Part shown: positions 1 to 10,124 of the stretch, piece after piece
Layout of the letters: each line of letters opens with the position of its first letter
Numbering within the stretch: the first letter of the stretch is position 1
From: Polyangiaceae bacterium
Lineage (GTDB): Bacteria; Myxococcota_A; Polyangia; Polyangiales; Polyangiaceae
Length of the DNA: 64,000 nt
Reading direction: 5' to 3'
NCBI GenBank assembly: GCA_050287085.1
Contig: JBNKBE010000007.1
Coordinates: 195,403 to 259,402 of the forward strand
Notes under the pieces: model-generated
What the model was told of the DNA's origin: nothing
What the model saw: the letters and a program-made list of their open reading frames with translations, nothing else
Databases searched by the model: none
Program-made: the position numbers and the translations under genes

Positions 1-1
1 G

Positions 2-91
2 CACAATGGCAACGTCGTTCTGGCGGGAATCGTGGTGACTCCTTCGAAGACGGCGAAGGATAACTATCTCACTGCGACGCGACCCAGGTAG
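2..91 (+). CDS. C-terminal fragment of a gene entering the window (…HNGNVVLAGIVVTPSKTAKDNYLTATRPR*)
   Basis: Open frame from position 2 to TAG at 89-91; too short to assign. Confidence 0.4.
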   Translation, partial: HNGNVVLAGIVVTPSKTAKDNYLTATRPR

Positions 92-347
92 TTCGTGCTC
101 CCCGCGTTCTGAGCCGGGTGTTTGATGTGGTGGCGGTGGCCAGTGCGTGGTGACGGTCAGCGGCGGGGGCCGAGGCAATCCCGGGGAGAGCGGGTCGCGC
201 GCAGCGCCCTTCTCGGCCGGTGATACGCAAGCTTGCGCTAGTGACGGCATTATCCGTCGGTGTCGTCGGCCTTGGGGGCGTCGAGAGTTCGCGTTTGGAA
301 CCTTAGACGGGTGAGCCCCGGCTCCATCTTGGCGGTGGTGTCGGGGG

Positions 348-1568
348 GTGTCACCATGCCCCATGGTCATGTCCTTGTTGGATGTAGAGCGGGCGTCGGA
401 CCGCGGCGTTGAGCGTGCATTTGCCCTTCGTTCGGGCTATGCGCGGATCGTTCGTTGGGGCCGTTGCTCTGCGGCGCGCGGGTTGCTCGGGAGCTTGTTG
501 GTGTTGGGTCAGGCCTGTTCGGACGCGTCCACCGGATCGCCTTCCGGCGCTGCTGGAGCTGGACTCGTTCCCGTGGCTGGTACCGGTGGGGCCCAAGCCG
601 GGGGCGGGGGGCTGGACACTGCGGCGGGTGCCGACCAAGGCGGCGGCGGCGCTGCAGCCCCTGGAGGCACTGGTTCGGGCGGCGTGGGGGACCAGGCTAA
701 CACCGGGGGCGGGAGCGATGAGGGCGGCGCGTCCGGTGGGGGTGCTGGGGGGAGTCCCGAAGGGGGCGCTTCGGGCGAGGCGAACGCCGGGGTCGGCGGA
801 GCGGATCCGGCGACTCCAGAGGGAGGCACGTCAGGGGCCGGGGTCGCCGGCTCCGAAGCGGGCGTTGGGGGCGACTCAGGTCAGGAGGTACCCGGCTTTA
901 ACCCGTGTCCGAGCGATGGTTCGCCCTGTCGCGTCATGCCCCTCGGGGACTCAATCACCCAGGGTTATGGGTCGACAGGTGGAGGCTACCGCAAGGAATT
1001 GTTTCGGTTGGCAGTCGAAGGTGGCAAGAACGTCACTTTCGTCGGTAATGCGAACGATTTCGCTCCGAACCCCCCGACGGTTGCGGGACAACCTTTTCCG
1101 ACCAACCACGAGGGGCACGGTGGATTCACGGTCAACCAGATCGCCGATCTGGTCGACGCTTCCATAAGTAGACACCAACCTCATGTTGTATTGTTGATGA
1201 TCGGAACCAACGATCTCAACGGCGGGCAGGACGCTCAGGGGACCGCCATGCGTCTAGACAACTTGGCTGGTCGGATCATCCAGGACGCGCCCGATGCGCT
1301 GCTTGTCGTCGCCAGCATCATCCCCATCGAAAACGGCAACGGCGGGAAGGTGCAACCCTACAACTCAGCCTTGGCGGACATCGTAGATCGTCGCGCTGCG
1401 GCTGGGGACCACATCTTATTCGCTGACAATCATGCAGCGTTCACGAGTCGTCAGGACTACGGACCGGCGTGGATGGGCGATACACTTCACCCCAACGACG
1501 ACGGCTACGTTCAGCTCGGTGCGTCGTACTATGAATCTATCGGTGACTTTCTCTTGAGCACTCCTTGA
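348..1568 (+). CDS. SGNH/GDSL hydrolase lipoprotein (CE3 acetyl-xylan-esterase-like) with long Gly/Ala linker; true start uncertain, probably downstream
   Basis: Motifs RVMPLGDSIT (block I), HEGHGG (II), IGTND (III), DTLHP (V); lipobox-like GQAC then about 120 aa Gly-rich linker. Confidence 0.9.
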   Translation: MSPCPMVMSLLDVERASDRGVERAFALRSGYARIVRWGRCSAARGLLGSLLVLGQACSDASTGSPSGAAGAGLVPVAGTGGAQAGGGGLDTAAGADQGGGGAAAPGGTGSGGVGDQANTGGGSDEGGASGGGAGGSPEGGASGEANAGVGGADPATPEGGTSGAGVAGSEAGVGGDSGQEVPGFNPCPSDGSPCRVMPLGDSITQGYGSTGGGYRKELFRLAVEGGKNVTFVGNANDFAPNPPTVAGQPFPTNHEGHGGFTVNQIADLVDASISRHQPHVVLLMIGTNDLNGGQDAQGTAMRLDNLAGRIIQDAPDALLVVASIIPIENGNGGKVQPYNSALADIVDRRAAAGDHILFADNHAAFTSRQDYGPAWMGDTLHPNDDGYVQLGASYYESIGDFLLSTP

Positions 1569-1622
1569 GAGGCTCGCTTGCAGTTGTTATTTGGGCGCGT
1601 TGAGGCGCCGGGAAGGCTTTCC

Positions 1623-2780
1623 ATGTATATGAAAAATCGCGCTCTGCGCTTTCCGCTTGTTGCTACGACCACCCTGCTGCTAGCGGCATGTGGTGTTGAA
1701 GACCCCACGCCGTCCGGCGCGGGGGGGGCGGGCGCCGTTGCGGGCACGTCTGGCACTGGGGGCACCAGCATGGGTGCCGCGGGTATGGTGGGCGCAGGCG
1801 CAGGGAGCGCAGGAATGGCCACGGGTGGGACCGGCGGCGCGGGCGGCGCGGCCGTCGCGGGTGCTACGGGCGACCCCGTCGCGGGTGCCGCCAATGGTGG
1901 TGCAGCGGGTGAAACGGCGGGTGCCGCGTCCGGTGGGACGAGCGGAGCCGAAGCGGCGGGTGCAGCTGGCGACGACGCCGGTGGTGCTGGCGGCGCTGAA
2001 GGGGGCGCCGCGGGGGCGGGCGACGAACCGGCGCTGCCGCCGATCGACGACTACACCGCCCAAGGACCGTTCAGCACAACGGTCGAAATGGGCCAGGGTC
2101 CCGGTGGCAACTACACGGTGTTTAGGCCGGAGCCCCTGGGAGAAGATGGCTTCCTGCACGCCCCCATCATGTTTGGGCCGGGCATTGGGCAGTCCGTCAA
2201 TGTTCACACTCAGATGCTCACCAACTTCGCCAGCCATGGCTTCGTGGTGGTTGGCAGCCCGACGCTCAACGGTGGGCCAGGTGCTCCGGACAACCTACAG
2301 AAGATGGAGGATGGACTTGATTGGGTGTTGGCGCAGAACGAGGCGGGGGGGCAATATGAGGGCAAGCTTGCCGTGGACAAGGCCATCTCAATGGGCTTTT
2401 CGGTGGGTGGAACCTCCGCGGTGCAGCTCGGCGGGCACGCCGCGGTAGCCACTGTGGTTTCGATTCACGGTCATGGTGCGATGGCGGACCTGCACGGGCC
2501 CATGCTGCAGACCACGGGTACGGGCGACACGGTCGGAATGCCGCTTCAGCAGCAAACCTACAGCAATTCTCAGGTGCAGACCTTTCTCGCCACGCTGACC
2601 GGTGCGCCCCATCCTTATATCGAGAGCAACGGAGGCGGCGAGGAGCGCCCCGCGATCCTCGCTTGGATGCGCTATTGGATCTACAACGACAACGGCGCGC
2701 GTGATTACTTCTTCGGGGATGACTGCGTGTTGTGCAAAGCACCGTGGGAGAATCCGCAGCGGAAGAATTGGGAAGAGTGA
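1623..2780 (+). CDS. Alpha/beta hydrolase lipoprotein, Pseudomonas mendocina lipase/cutinase-like
   Basis: Lipobox LAAC, Gly/Ala linker, FASHGFVVV, elbow GFSVGG, TGTGDTV Asp, GAPH His, terminal CxxC..W. Confidence 0.8.
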   Translation: MYMKNRALRFPLVATTTLLLAACGVEDPTPSGAGGAGAVAGTSGTGGTSMGAAGMVGAGAGSAGMATGGTGGAGGAAVAGATGDPVAGAANGGAAGETAGAASGGTSGAEAAGAAGDDAGGAGGAEGGAAGAGDEPALPPIDDYTAQGPFSTTVEMGQGPGGNYTVFRPEPLGEDGFLHAPIMFGPGIGQSVNVHTQMLTNFASHGFVVVGSPTLNGGPGAPDNLQKMEDGLDWVLAQNEAGGQYEGKLAVDKAISMGFSVGGTSAVQLGGHAAVATVVSIHGHGAMADLHGPMLQTTGTGDTVGMPLQQQTYSNSQVQTFLATLTGAPHPYIESNGGGEERPAILAWMRYWIYNDNGARDYFFGDDCVLCKAPWENPQRKNWEE

Positions 2781-2900
2781 GCGACTGCGCCGCAGCGCCT
2801 CAGATTTGAGACGTGCTGCGGTTCGAGATGCCGGACAATGATGAGAAGCGTTGTTCGGCATCGCTATTGACGAAGTCCCCCCGCATCATTGCTACACGCT

Positions 2901-3938
2901 ATGTCCAATCTCTCCTCTTCATTCCCGCGCCGAACCCAGCTTGTCGCTTGTGCGCTCATGTTGGCAGTCTCTTCCTGTTCATCCGATGAGGCACCGCTGC
3001 CGGCTCCAAGCTCCGCCGCGGGTGCGGGCACAACGGGGGCGGGTGCCGGCGGAGCGGACAATGTGCCAGACTCGCCCGCCGATTCCGCGGGTGGGGCCGC
3101 GGGTGCGGGCGGCGCCGGGGTTGCGGGTGTTCTGGGGACCGAAGAGCTTGCAGGGAGCGCTGGCGTGGACGCCAGCGCCGGGACAGGCGGCAGCTCCGGA
3201 GCTGCTCCGGCTTCGGCTGGCGCGTCGGGTGCTGGCGCAGAGACCGCAGGGGGCAACAACGCTGGGCAGGGGGGAGCTGGGGTTGTGGACGCCGGGGCCT
3301 TGCCCGACGATGGTCGAGGTCCCCACGCACCGGTTGAGGGGTCGATCGAGGTGCTCTACGACGGGCACGGCTTTGCCAATTGGGAGCCGCTGGACCGTGC
3401 GCTCAGCGAGGTGAACTGGCGCGAGGATAGCGTTGAAGGCTCCATGGAAGTGACGCCGACCTACAGCAATCACATCGTCACCAATGCGGAGCAACTGCAC
3501 CGTGATGTATTCCTTCACATAGAGTTCCGCAGTCCCAATGAGCCCGGCCAGACTGGTCAGGATAGGGGCAACAGCGGGATCTATTTGCAATCTCGCTACG
3601 AAATGCAGGTGTTGGACTCGGAGGGGCGCCCCCCCGAGATCGACGGTTGCGGTGCTGTCTACAAGGTAAGCTTGCCACTGGTAAACGCCTGTAAGCCCGC
3701 CGAGGAGTGGAACGTATACGAGATCGACTTCAAGGCCCCTCGTTTTGAGGCGGGCCAGAAGGTGGCAAACGCCCGTATCACGGCGTGGATCAACGATCAG
3801 CTAGTACAAGACGACACTGAAGTGCCGGGCCCCACTCAGGCAGGTCAAGCCGGGGAACCCGACGCGCCGCAGCCACTGTATCTCCAAGATCATGGCGATC
3901 TGGTGCGCTATCGCAACGTGTGGTGGATTCGCCTCTAG
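2901..3938 (+). CDS. DUF1080 (3-keto-disaccharide hydrolase family) lipoprotein
   Basis: LHIEFR, GNSGIYLQSRYEMQVLDS, EWNVYEI, LQDHG..VRYRNVW motifs; lipobox VSSC and Gly/Ala linker. Confidence 0.9.
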   Translation: MSNLSSSFPRRTQLVACALMLAVSSCSSDEAPLPAPSSAAGAGTTGAGAGGADNVPDSPADSAGGAAGAGGAGVAGVLGTEELAGSAGVDASAGTGGSSGAAPASAGASGAGAETAGGNNAGQGGAGVVDAGALPDDGRGPHAPVEGSIEVLYDGHGFANWEPLDRALSEVNWREDSVEGSMEVTPTYSNHIVTNAEQLHRDVFLHIEFRSPNEPGQTGQDRGNSGIYLQSRYEMQVLDSEGRPPEIDGCGAVYKVSLPLVNACKPAEEWNVYEIDFKAPRFEAGQKVANARITAWINDQLVQDDTEVPGPTQAGQAGEPDAPQPLYLQDHGDLVRYRNVWWIRL

Positions 3939-3975
3939 ACGGACCCGTTGGACCCTCTAGACGGACCCGTTGGAC
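3932..3975. repeat. Perfect 22-bp tandem duplication CCTCTAGACGGACCCGTTGGAC x2, including the DUF1080 stop codon
   Basis: Read directly: 3932-3953 equals 3954-3975. Confidence 0.95.
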
Positions 3976-4004
3976 AGGGTTCGGAGTCGGCGGACGGAAG
4001 CCGA

Positions 4005-5039
4005 CTACTTCAAGCGCTGCAGTCCGCGTCTTGCTTCAGGAGCTAGTGGCGAGTCCGTGTGCTCGCGGAGTAGCTTGCGGTAGAGGGCTCGTGCGCGGTT
4101 ACTCTGTCCCCGACGCTCTGCCGAAAGCGCTTCCGCCAGAAGAGTGCTCTGCTCAGCCAGCGCCGACGGAGGTGCTTCGGCTGGTTCCGGGAGGGATTCG
4201 GCCGCTCCGGGCAATCGCAGGCTGGGTGCAGCACGTCGCCTAGCACGCAACCCGTCGCGCCGCTCATCGCGGGTTTCCGCGGCGCCCGCCACTTCCTCAA
4301 GCTCGGACTGACACCCCCAACTCTGGCCGCCCGCAACCATGTGCTGCTTGCCACGTGACCGGACTTCAACCAAACCCTCCGTGACTCTCACGCAGGTTCC
4401 GCCAGCTTCGGCGGCCTCGGTGTCGACCGTAAACACCGTGCCGTGCACCACGACCTCCGCCGAGGGCGTACGCACCGAGAAGCTTCCCCTCTTGCCGAGG
4501 TGAGGCACGTTGCAGTGGACACGACCAGCAACCAAACCAAGCCGGGTCGAGCCCTGCGACGCGGCGACGTCGTCCAACTTGACGCGTGTACCCGCACCTA
4601 GCCCAACGACAACGCCTTGGGGGGTTCGCAGCGTCGCCGAGTCACTGACAGCCAGCTCGCCACGCGATGGAATGCTGGAATCCAACGAGACGTCGGCAAC
4701 GTCTTGGTTCGGTGTTGAAAGCACGGCGCGACCACCGGTGACGTGCAACGAGACCTGCCCATGCTCAGCGCCACTAGCCGCTACCACGTCGTTTGTGCCC
4801 GCGCTTTGGTTGACCACGAAGAGCGTTATGCCTGCCGCCATAGCAAGCGCGCCAAGACCCCAACCAAGGGGACTCATGCGACCCGTGGATTGCGAGCGTT
4901 CGGCTTCTTCAACAACGAGCGCCCGCAAAGTCGGGAGCACGCGGGCTCGCTGCGCTGCTGTTTCATCGGCACCGGCCAACGGAATTGGCGCATCGCGCCA
5001 GGCTTGGAGTAGCGCTTCTACCTCTAGGTCCCGTTTCAT
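4005..5039 (-). CDS. FecR-domain anti-sigma factor/sensor with one TM and a C-terminal TPR-like helix pair
   Basis: FSVRTPSAEVVVHGTVFTV and VRVTEGLVEV FecR motifs; TM segment; overlaps the ECF stop. Confidence 0.85.
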   Translation of the reverse strand: MKRDLEVEALLQAWRDAPIPLAGADETAAQRARVLPTLRALVVEEAERSQSTGRMSPLGWGLGALAMAAGITLFVVNQSAGTNDVVAASGAEHGQVSLHVTGGRAVLSTPNQDVADVSLDSSIPSRGELAVSDSATLRTPQGVVVGLGAGTRVKLDDVAASQGSTRLGLVAGRVHCNVPHLGKRGSFSVRTPSAEVVVHGTVFTVDTEAAEAGGTCVRVTEGLVEVRSRGKQHMVAGGQSWGCQSELEEVAGAAETRDERRDGLRARRRAAPSLRLPGAAESLPEPAEAPPSALAEQSTLLAEALSAERRGQSNRARALYRKLLREHTDSPLAPEARRGLQRLK

Positions 5040-5716
5040 GAGGTCTTCCCATCCTTTGGCCGCACCGCGTGAGCCAGTCGCACAAGCTCTTTGCGAGCTC
5101 GCAATAGTCGCGACTGCGCCGCGGGGTAAGAGGTGCCCGTCATCTGAGCGACCTCGAGTAATTCGTAACCGAGCACATCGTGAAGAAGGAGCGCCTCTGC
5201 GGGTGCATCCTTCATGCGGGCCAGCACGCGCTGAATGAAGAGCACGTCGGATCTGGCTTCCAGTCGTCGTTCGACCCCAAGCGTGGCTGTTGGCTCTCGC
5301 AGCACGTCTGAGGTAGCGTCCAGCAGCCGTCGCTCACGATAGCGTTTGCGCAGCCAATCCAAAGCGGTATGGGCCGCGACGGCCGCCGACCATGCGCCCA
5401 GGTCGGAGTCGCTGTCCAGCGGCTTGCGGCAGAGTGAGCGTATCATTCGCTCAAAGGCAGCCTGGACGAGATCATCGTAGTCGGGGCCCGTGGCTGTCAG
5501 CACCCGGCGAATGGTGCGGTCCACCACCGGCTGGACTCGGTCGTAGAGCGCGTTGGCCGCGTCGGGACGCCCAGCGCGAACGCCCGCGATGATCTCGGCG
5601 TCCGAGGGCGCCTTCGCGGCGGCATGGCGACTACGAGGGGTCAGTTGTACGACCCCATACGCGCGCTCTGGCTGGGAAATAGCTTTGGACACCTGGAATA
5701 CCGATGCCCGATCCAT
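5036..5716 (-). CDS. ECF RNA polymerase sigma-70 factor
   Basis: Region 2 DDLVQAAF…W…VAAHTALDWLR; region 4 LLLHDVLGYELLEVAQ…SRLLRARKEL. Confidence 0.9.
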   Translation of the reverse strand: MDRASVFQVSKAISQPERAYGVVQLTPRSRHAAAKAPSDAEIIAGVRAGRPDAANALYDRVQPVVDRTIRRVLTATGPDYDDLVQAAFERMIRSLCRKPLDSDSDLGAWSAAVAAHTALDWLRKRYRERRLLDATSDVLREPTATLGVERRLEARSDVLFIQRVLARMKDAPAEALLLHDVLGYELLEVAQMTGTSYPAAQSRLLRARKELVRLAHAVRPKDGKTS

Positions 5717-5812
5717 CGCCGGAAGTAAGCGTCTTCATGCAAAAAAACGCGCGGTAGCCCGACCCGCGGGTGCATTCGCCGCACCGATTATCGATCACAA
5801 AATCGACCCGTT

Positions 5813-6700
5813 CTAGCGCGCAGCGCGAACGCCCGCCACGATTCCCCAGGTCCAATACCCTTCCCCACCGCGCGGCACGCTTTCAACTTCGACCTCATAG
5901 CGTCGTCGCAGCAGGCTCGCATCCCCCCCTAAGAACACGGAAATCGCGTTCGTGACCGGGGCGAATAGCGTCACATTGGAGCGGCCCCCCAGACGTACGA
6001 GTTGTTCCTGCTCGCGTCCCAAGCTCGGATTCTTGGCTTCCAGCTCGATCCGTTGGATTAATGCACCGGTAGACAATTCCGCCCATAGGGGAAAATTTGA
6101 GCTCTCGAGGTGTAAAGTCATTCCGAGGACGCCTTCAAACCACAAGGCGTCCGGGCGCGCTGAGCTCGCTGACGCAAGCCCCTGAGCATATGCGCCGACG
6201 GGGAGGCTTACCGGTCGCAGCCACAGACCCAAGCCGCCCCCCGTTTTCCACGGCAGGCCGGTTAGGCCGGGACCCAGTCGGAACATCGCGTCCGCGCCCC
6301 AGTGAACCGCTGGTGGGCGGAGCTGCGGAGGGACTGGGGAGAGCATGGGAATGGGCTGCGGTGCGGGATCGCGCGCCCCGGCAACCACTTGGGAGACGAC
6401 GAGAAGTCCGATCGCGCGGTAGCGCTGGTCGAGGGGGTCCTCCGGCGAAAACTCAACATTCCTCACGGCGTGCAGCGGCCCGCGAGCATTGCCGCGGTGC
6501 AGTTCCACATGGGCCGTCAAGTCGTCGGGATCCGTCCAGGCGATGGTGACGTACCAGGTGGCGGCGGCGCCGGCTTCGGCAGCGGAACGGCAATGTCCAA
6601 CCCCGAGCACAAGGCGACAGCTGTCGATGGCTGCACTGGCCCCCGCGTGCTCCGCAGGCAGCTCCATCACCACCACTTCTTGGGGTGCCATTACCGGCAT
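5813..6700 (-). CDS. Hypothetical protein with N-terminal alpha/beta domain, Pro hinge and C-terminal beta-barrel-like region; upstream of the ECF gene (start uncertain)
   Basis: Long ORF co-oriented with ECF/FecR; alternating hydrophobic strands ending WTWGIVAGVRAAR. Confidence 0.65.
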   Translation of the reverse strand: MPVMAPQEVVVMELPAEHAGASAAIDSCRLVLGVGHCRSAAEAGAAATWYVTIAWTDPDDLTAHVELHRGNARGPLHAVRNVEFSPEDPLDQRYRAIGLLVVSQVVAGARDPAPQPIPMLSPVPPQLRPPAVHWGADAMFRLGPGLTGLPWKTGGGLGLWLRPVSLPVGAYAQGLASASSARPDALWFEGVLGMTLHLESSNFPLWAELSTGALIQRIELEAKNPSLGREQEQLVRLGGRSNVTLFAPVTNAISVFLGGDASLLRRRYEVEVESVPRGGEGYWTWGIVAGVRAAR

Positions 6701-6925
6701 TGGCCTCGCAGCATAGTCGCCCCTGGGCGCGCTGGCGTAGCGATATTCGCGCGTGCAGGATTTATGCGCACGTGGAGCCGGCTCGCCAGAGTATTCCTCG
6801 TGTTGGTGGAGGTAGGCGCGGAGCCGTGCCAAACTGCATGGCCCATGCCGCACGCCGCGTCTCAATCGGTCGACTCTTGCGCCCCTGGTACCCGCATTGC
6901 GTTGGGGCGACGCGACGTTACCGCG

Positions 6926-7948
6926 ATGCGTTTGGCTCGCGTGCGTGTGCTGCTCCCCCGCGCAAGTGCGGTCTTAGCCTCGCTAGGTATCCTCGCATGC
7001 GGTGAGACCAGCTTCATCAAGCTACTTCCACTTGAGGTGGGCCAGCCCCAGCACCCGGGTGGAGTGCCAGGGGCTGGCGCTGGAGGTCGGAGCGGAGAGG
7101 ACGAGATGCCCACCGGCGCGAGCGGCGCCGCACAAGAGGCGGGCGCTGGCGGAATGGGGGATCTGGTCGACACGCCAGAGTTAACGGACGCTGGGATTGC
7201 AGGTCGTGACTCGGGTGTGTTGCCGAGCGTTGACGCGGCGGGAGTTGATGGCGGTGGCATGTCGCCGGCTATCAATCTGGTCCATCATTATGACTTTTCG
7301 GGTACCGGCGACATCGTCAAGGATCTAGTCGGGGACGCGGACGGTATTGTGCTCGGGGGCGCAGAGCTCGATGGGTCCGGTACACTATGGCTGGACGGCG
7401 TAGACGACTACGTGGACCTGCCTGATGGCTTCATCTCCAGGCTGGATGCCGTGACCGTGACCGCGTGGATCGTGTGGGGCGGTGGTGAGTGCTGGCAACG
7501 CGTGTTCGACTTTGGTGACACGGAGGCAGGCGTGGACGTCGCTACGGTGGCATCGAGCTCGCTATTTCTGACGCCGTCCTCGTGTCCGGTATCCCATGTG
7601 GGCCGCGTTACGCCGGCGGTCATATCGGGTCAATTCCACGTGGGAAACAGCGTCTACAACGTACAGCTCGATATTCAGGCTCCCGCTGAAAAGCGGTCCT
7701 TCTTGGCGCTTTCCGCCCACCCGGGTGCAACGCGAGGGTTAACATTGTTCTCCGACGGCCAGACCAGTCGTCTGCCGGCTCCCCTCGACGTCTCGCGAAT
7801 CCAGGACAAGAACAACTGGCTAGGACGTTCGCAGTGGTCGGCGGATCCCTACCTCCTAGGCGGGCTGGAGGAGATCAAGATCTACGACCTGGCGCTTGAA
7901 GAAGAACAACTACAAGCCTTGTACGAGGCAGAGCTGGGCCAACCCTGA
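6926..7948 (+). CDS. LamG/concanavalin-like domain lipoprotein
   Basis: LVHHYDF, LDGVDDYVDLP, WQRVFDFG, NNWLGRSQW..DPYL.G.LEEIKIYD; lipobox ILAC. Confidence 0.88.
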   Translation: MRLARVRVLLPRASAVLASLGILACGETSFIKLLPLEVGQPQHPGGVPGAGAGGRSGEDEMPTGASGAAQEAGAGGMGDLVDTPELTDAGIAGRDSGVLPSVDAAGVDGGGMSPAINLVHHYDFSGTGDIVKDLVGDADGIVLGGAELDGSGTLWLDGVDDYVDLPDGFISRLDAVTVTAWIVWGGGECWQRVFDFGDTEAGVDVATVASSSLFLTPSSCPVSHVGRVTPAVISGQFHVGNSVYNVQLDIQAPAEKRSFLALSAHPGATRGLTLFSDGQTSRLPAPLDVSRIQDKNNWLGRSQWSADPYLLGGLEEIKIYDLALEEEQLQALYEAELGQP

Positions 7949-8155
7949 ACCTCGAAGTCGGGCAGCTTTCGCAGCGAATGGGGTATCCGGGTCGAGACGC
8001 GTACGCCACGTCGAACCGCTTCTCGACCCAGAAGCATGAAGGGGCGCAAGCCTCGAGAATGGTGTCGCACCGGCGGGCAGCCATCGCAGGGCTGCGGGTG
8101 AACGACGCGGGTGCGCCATAGAGACTTACCCACGTCGCCGGTCAACTGAGCCGAG

Positions 8156-8881
8156 CTATTCGACGCCTAGCCCCTTCTTGAGCTTGCCCTGCTCACGCAG
8201 CTCCTTCTGCTCGCTGTAGCGCACGCTCAGCGCGTCTCGGCGACCGCAAAGGAGCACCGTGAAGCGAAAGAGTTCTTCACATACGTCCACTACGCGGTCG
8301 CGATAGGCGGACGGCTTCATGCGTCCATCGTCGTCAAACTCACGCCAAGCTTGAGGAATCGACGACTGATTGGGGATCACGAACATGCGCATCCAGCGAC
8401 CGAGGATCCGCAGTTGATTGACAGCATTGTACGACTGCGAACCTCCAGAGACCTCCATCACGGCTACGGTGCGCCCTTGCGTCGGGCGTACAGCACCGTC
8501 GGAGAGCGGGATCCAGTCGATCTGGTTCTTAAACGCCGCTGTCATACTTCCATGTTGCTCGGGCGAGATCCAAACGTGACCATCGGCCCACAACGCGAGC
8601 TTGCGCAAGCGTACCACTTCCGGGTGATCGTTTGAGGTGCGATCAAAGACCGGCAGCTCATGCGGATGAAAGATCTCTACCTCCGCCCCAAAGCGGGCCA
8701 AGACACGCTCGACCTCGATTGCGAGCTTGCGGCTGAAGCTGCTTTCTCGTAGCGAGCCGTATAGGACCAAGACGCGCGGACGTTGAACCGCTTCTGGTAG
8801 ACCTAGCTCTCGTCGGACGCTTTCCAGCGAATGATGAGGTAGATCGTCGTCGATATGCGAGGCATCGGCGTTTTCGTTCAT
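8156..8881 (-). CDS. arsH: Arsenical resistance protein ArsH (NADPH-dependent FMN reductase)
   Basis: [58 protein letters not shown]. Confidence 0.95.
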   Translation of the reverse strand: MNENADASHIDDDLPHHSLESVRRELGLPEAVQRPRVLVLYGSLRESSFSRKLAIEVERVLARFGAEVEIFHPHELPVFDRTSNDHPEVVRLRKLALWADGHVWISPEQHGSMTAAFKNQIDWIPLSDGAVRPTQGRTVAVMEVSGGSQSYNAVNQLRILGRWMRMFVIPNQSSIPQAWREFDDDGRMKPSAYRDRVVDVCEELFRFTVLLCGRRDALSVRYSEQKELREQGKLKKGLGVE

Positions 8882-9156
8882 GGGCTATGTCCTGGGACGC
8901 CCGTGGAGCAGAGCGCCTGCAATGCCGCTCCCTAGCGAGCGACAAGCGCCTTGTCCAGCGCTACGCGTTGGCTGAAGCTTCGATCGGAGGTGCGGTGAGC
9001 GAGCTCGCGCCCGCGGTTTGGGTTCGGTTCTAGGGGGCCGGTTGCAGCACCGCCTTGCTGATGATCGCGTGCGGGCAGCGAGGGTACTGGTTCGGTCGGG
9101 ACCGGGATCGTTGGACGGCTCAATGGGGACGGTAGATGTAACAGCCAAGCGCCGCC

Positions 9157-9792
9157 CTAGAGGCGGTCTAGAGCAAGGGATAGGAGCTGGACCGAGCTAT
9201 CGTGGACCTGCAAGCGCACGGTGAGCGCGTAGCCCGGGCGCGTGGTGCGGATCGTCACGGGCTCATCTTCGGGCAGGTATTCATCGGGGTGCTGGTCTTC
9301 GATTTCGAAAAGCCAAGGGTAGGCGCCGTATACCGAGAAGCCGACCTCATCGTAGGACAGGCGCAGCACGGGCTCGAGCGTCGCTTCGTCGCTCTCAGCG
9401 TTGTCAAGGAGCGCATAACGTCCCCCCTCGACGTCTACATGTAGGCTGATGCTTCCAGAATCGAGACCCGCATCAACCCTGCGCACTGTTGCTCTATCCG
9501 GTCCGTCGGCTCCGCCGTCCAGCGCCGTGAGCGAAGTGGGCTCAGGTGTGCGCACTACGCTGGCATCCCGCTCATTGTGCTGGGGGGCCGGCGCGGCGCT
9601 ATCGGTCATCTGAGGGAGCCCGGACGGGTCTTGGCCCAGGGTCGGCTGAGCGCGGTCGCCTGTGCTGGCGTCCGCGCTAGCTTCTTCTGCGCTCAGTAGC
9701 GGCCGGGACGAAGGCTCGCCCTCTACGGTGCAGCCGCCCATCGCCAGTCCGAGCTCCGACGTGATGTACACTACACACATCCACCTATTCAT
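9157..9792 (-). CDS. Hypothetical lipoprotein (start uncertain)
   Basis: Lipobox-like MGGC, low-complexity linker with DAG motif, compact C-terminal domain. Confidence 0.55.
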   Translation of the reverse strand: MNRWMCVVYITSELGLAMGGCTVEGEPSSRPLLSAEEASADASTGDRAQPTLGQDPSGLPQMTDSAAPAPQHNERDASVVRTPEPTSLTALDGGADGPDRATVRRVDAGLDSGSISLHVDVEGGRYALLDNAESDEATLEPVLRLSYDEVGFSVYGAYPWLFEIEDQHPDEYLPEDEPVTIRTTRPGYALTVRLQVHDSSVQLLSLALDRL

Positions 9793-10124
9793 GCGCACGA
9801 ATATCGCCTTTGTGTTCGAACTCTGCATTGAGCTTAGCCCTGACTTGCTCTGCGCGCCCGCGAACCCAGCCGACATTTTCCGACATAGGGAAGCCCCGGG
9901 GAGCAGGTCAGCTTTTTCGACGCGACACCGCTGACATTGGACTGCACGCATCGTTCCGAATGCTCAAACGTGCCGGGAGTGTGCCAAAACGCGTCACGTG
10001 TCGCGCTGGGTTGAAGCTGTCATCAACTTCAAGCCTCGAACGCCGCTCTCCACGTTCGTCCGTCACACGTCGCTGTGGCAGTGTATTTATGTCTGATGGC
10101 TACGGCCGAACATAAGAGCGAGGC

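Noticed and set aside
6302..6925. N-terminal 208 aa of the LamG ORF
   Set aside because: Overlaps the opposite-strand gene; signal peptide and lipobox begin at 6926
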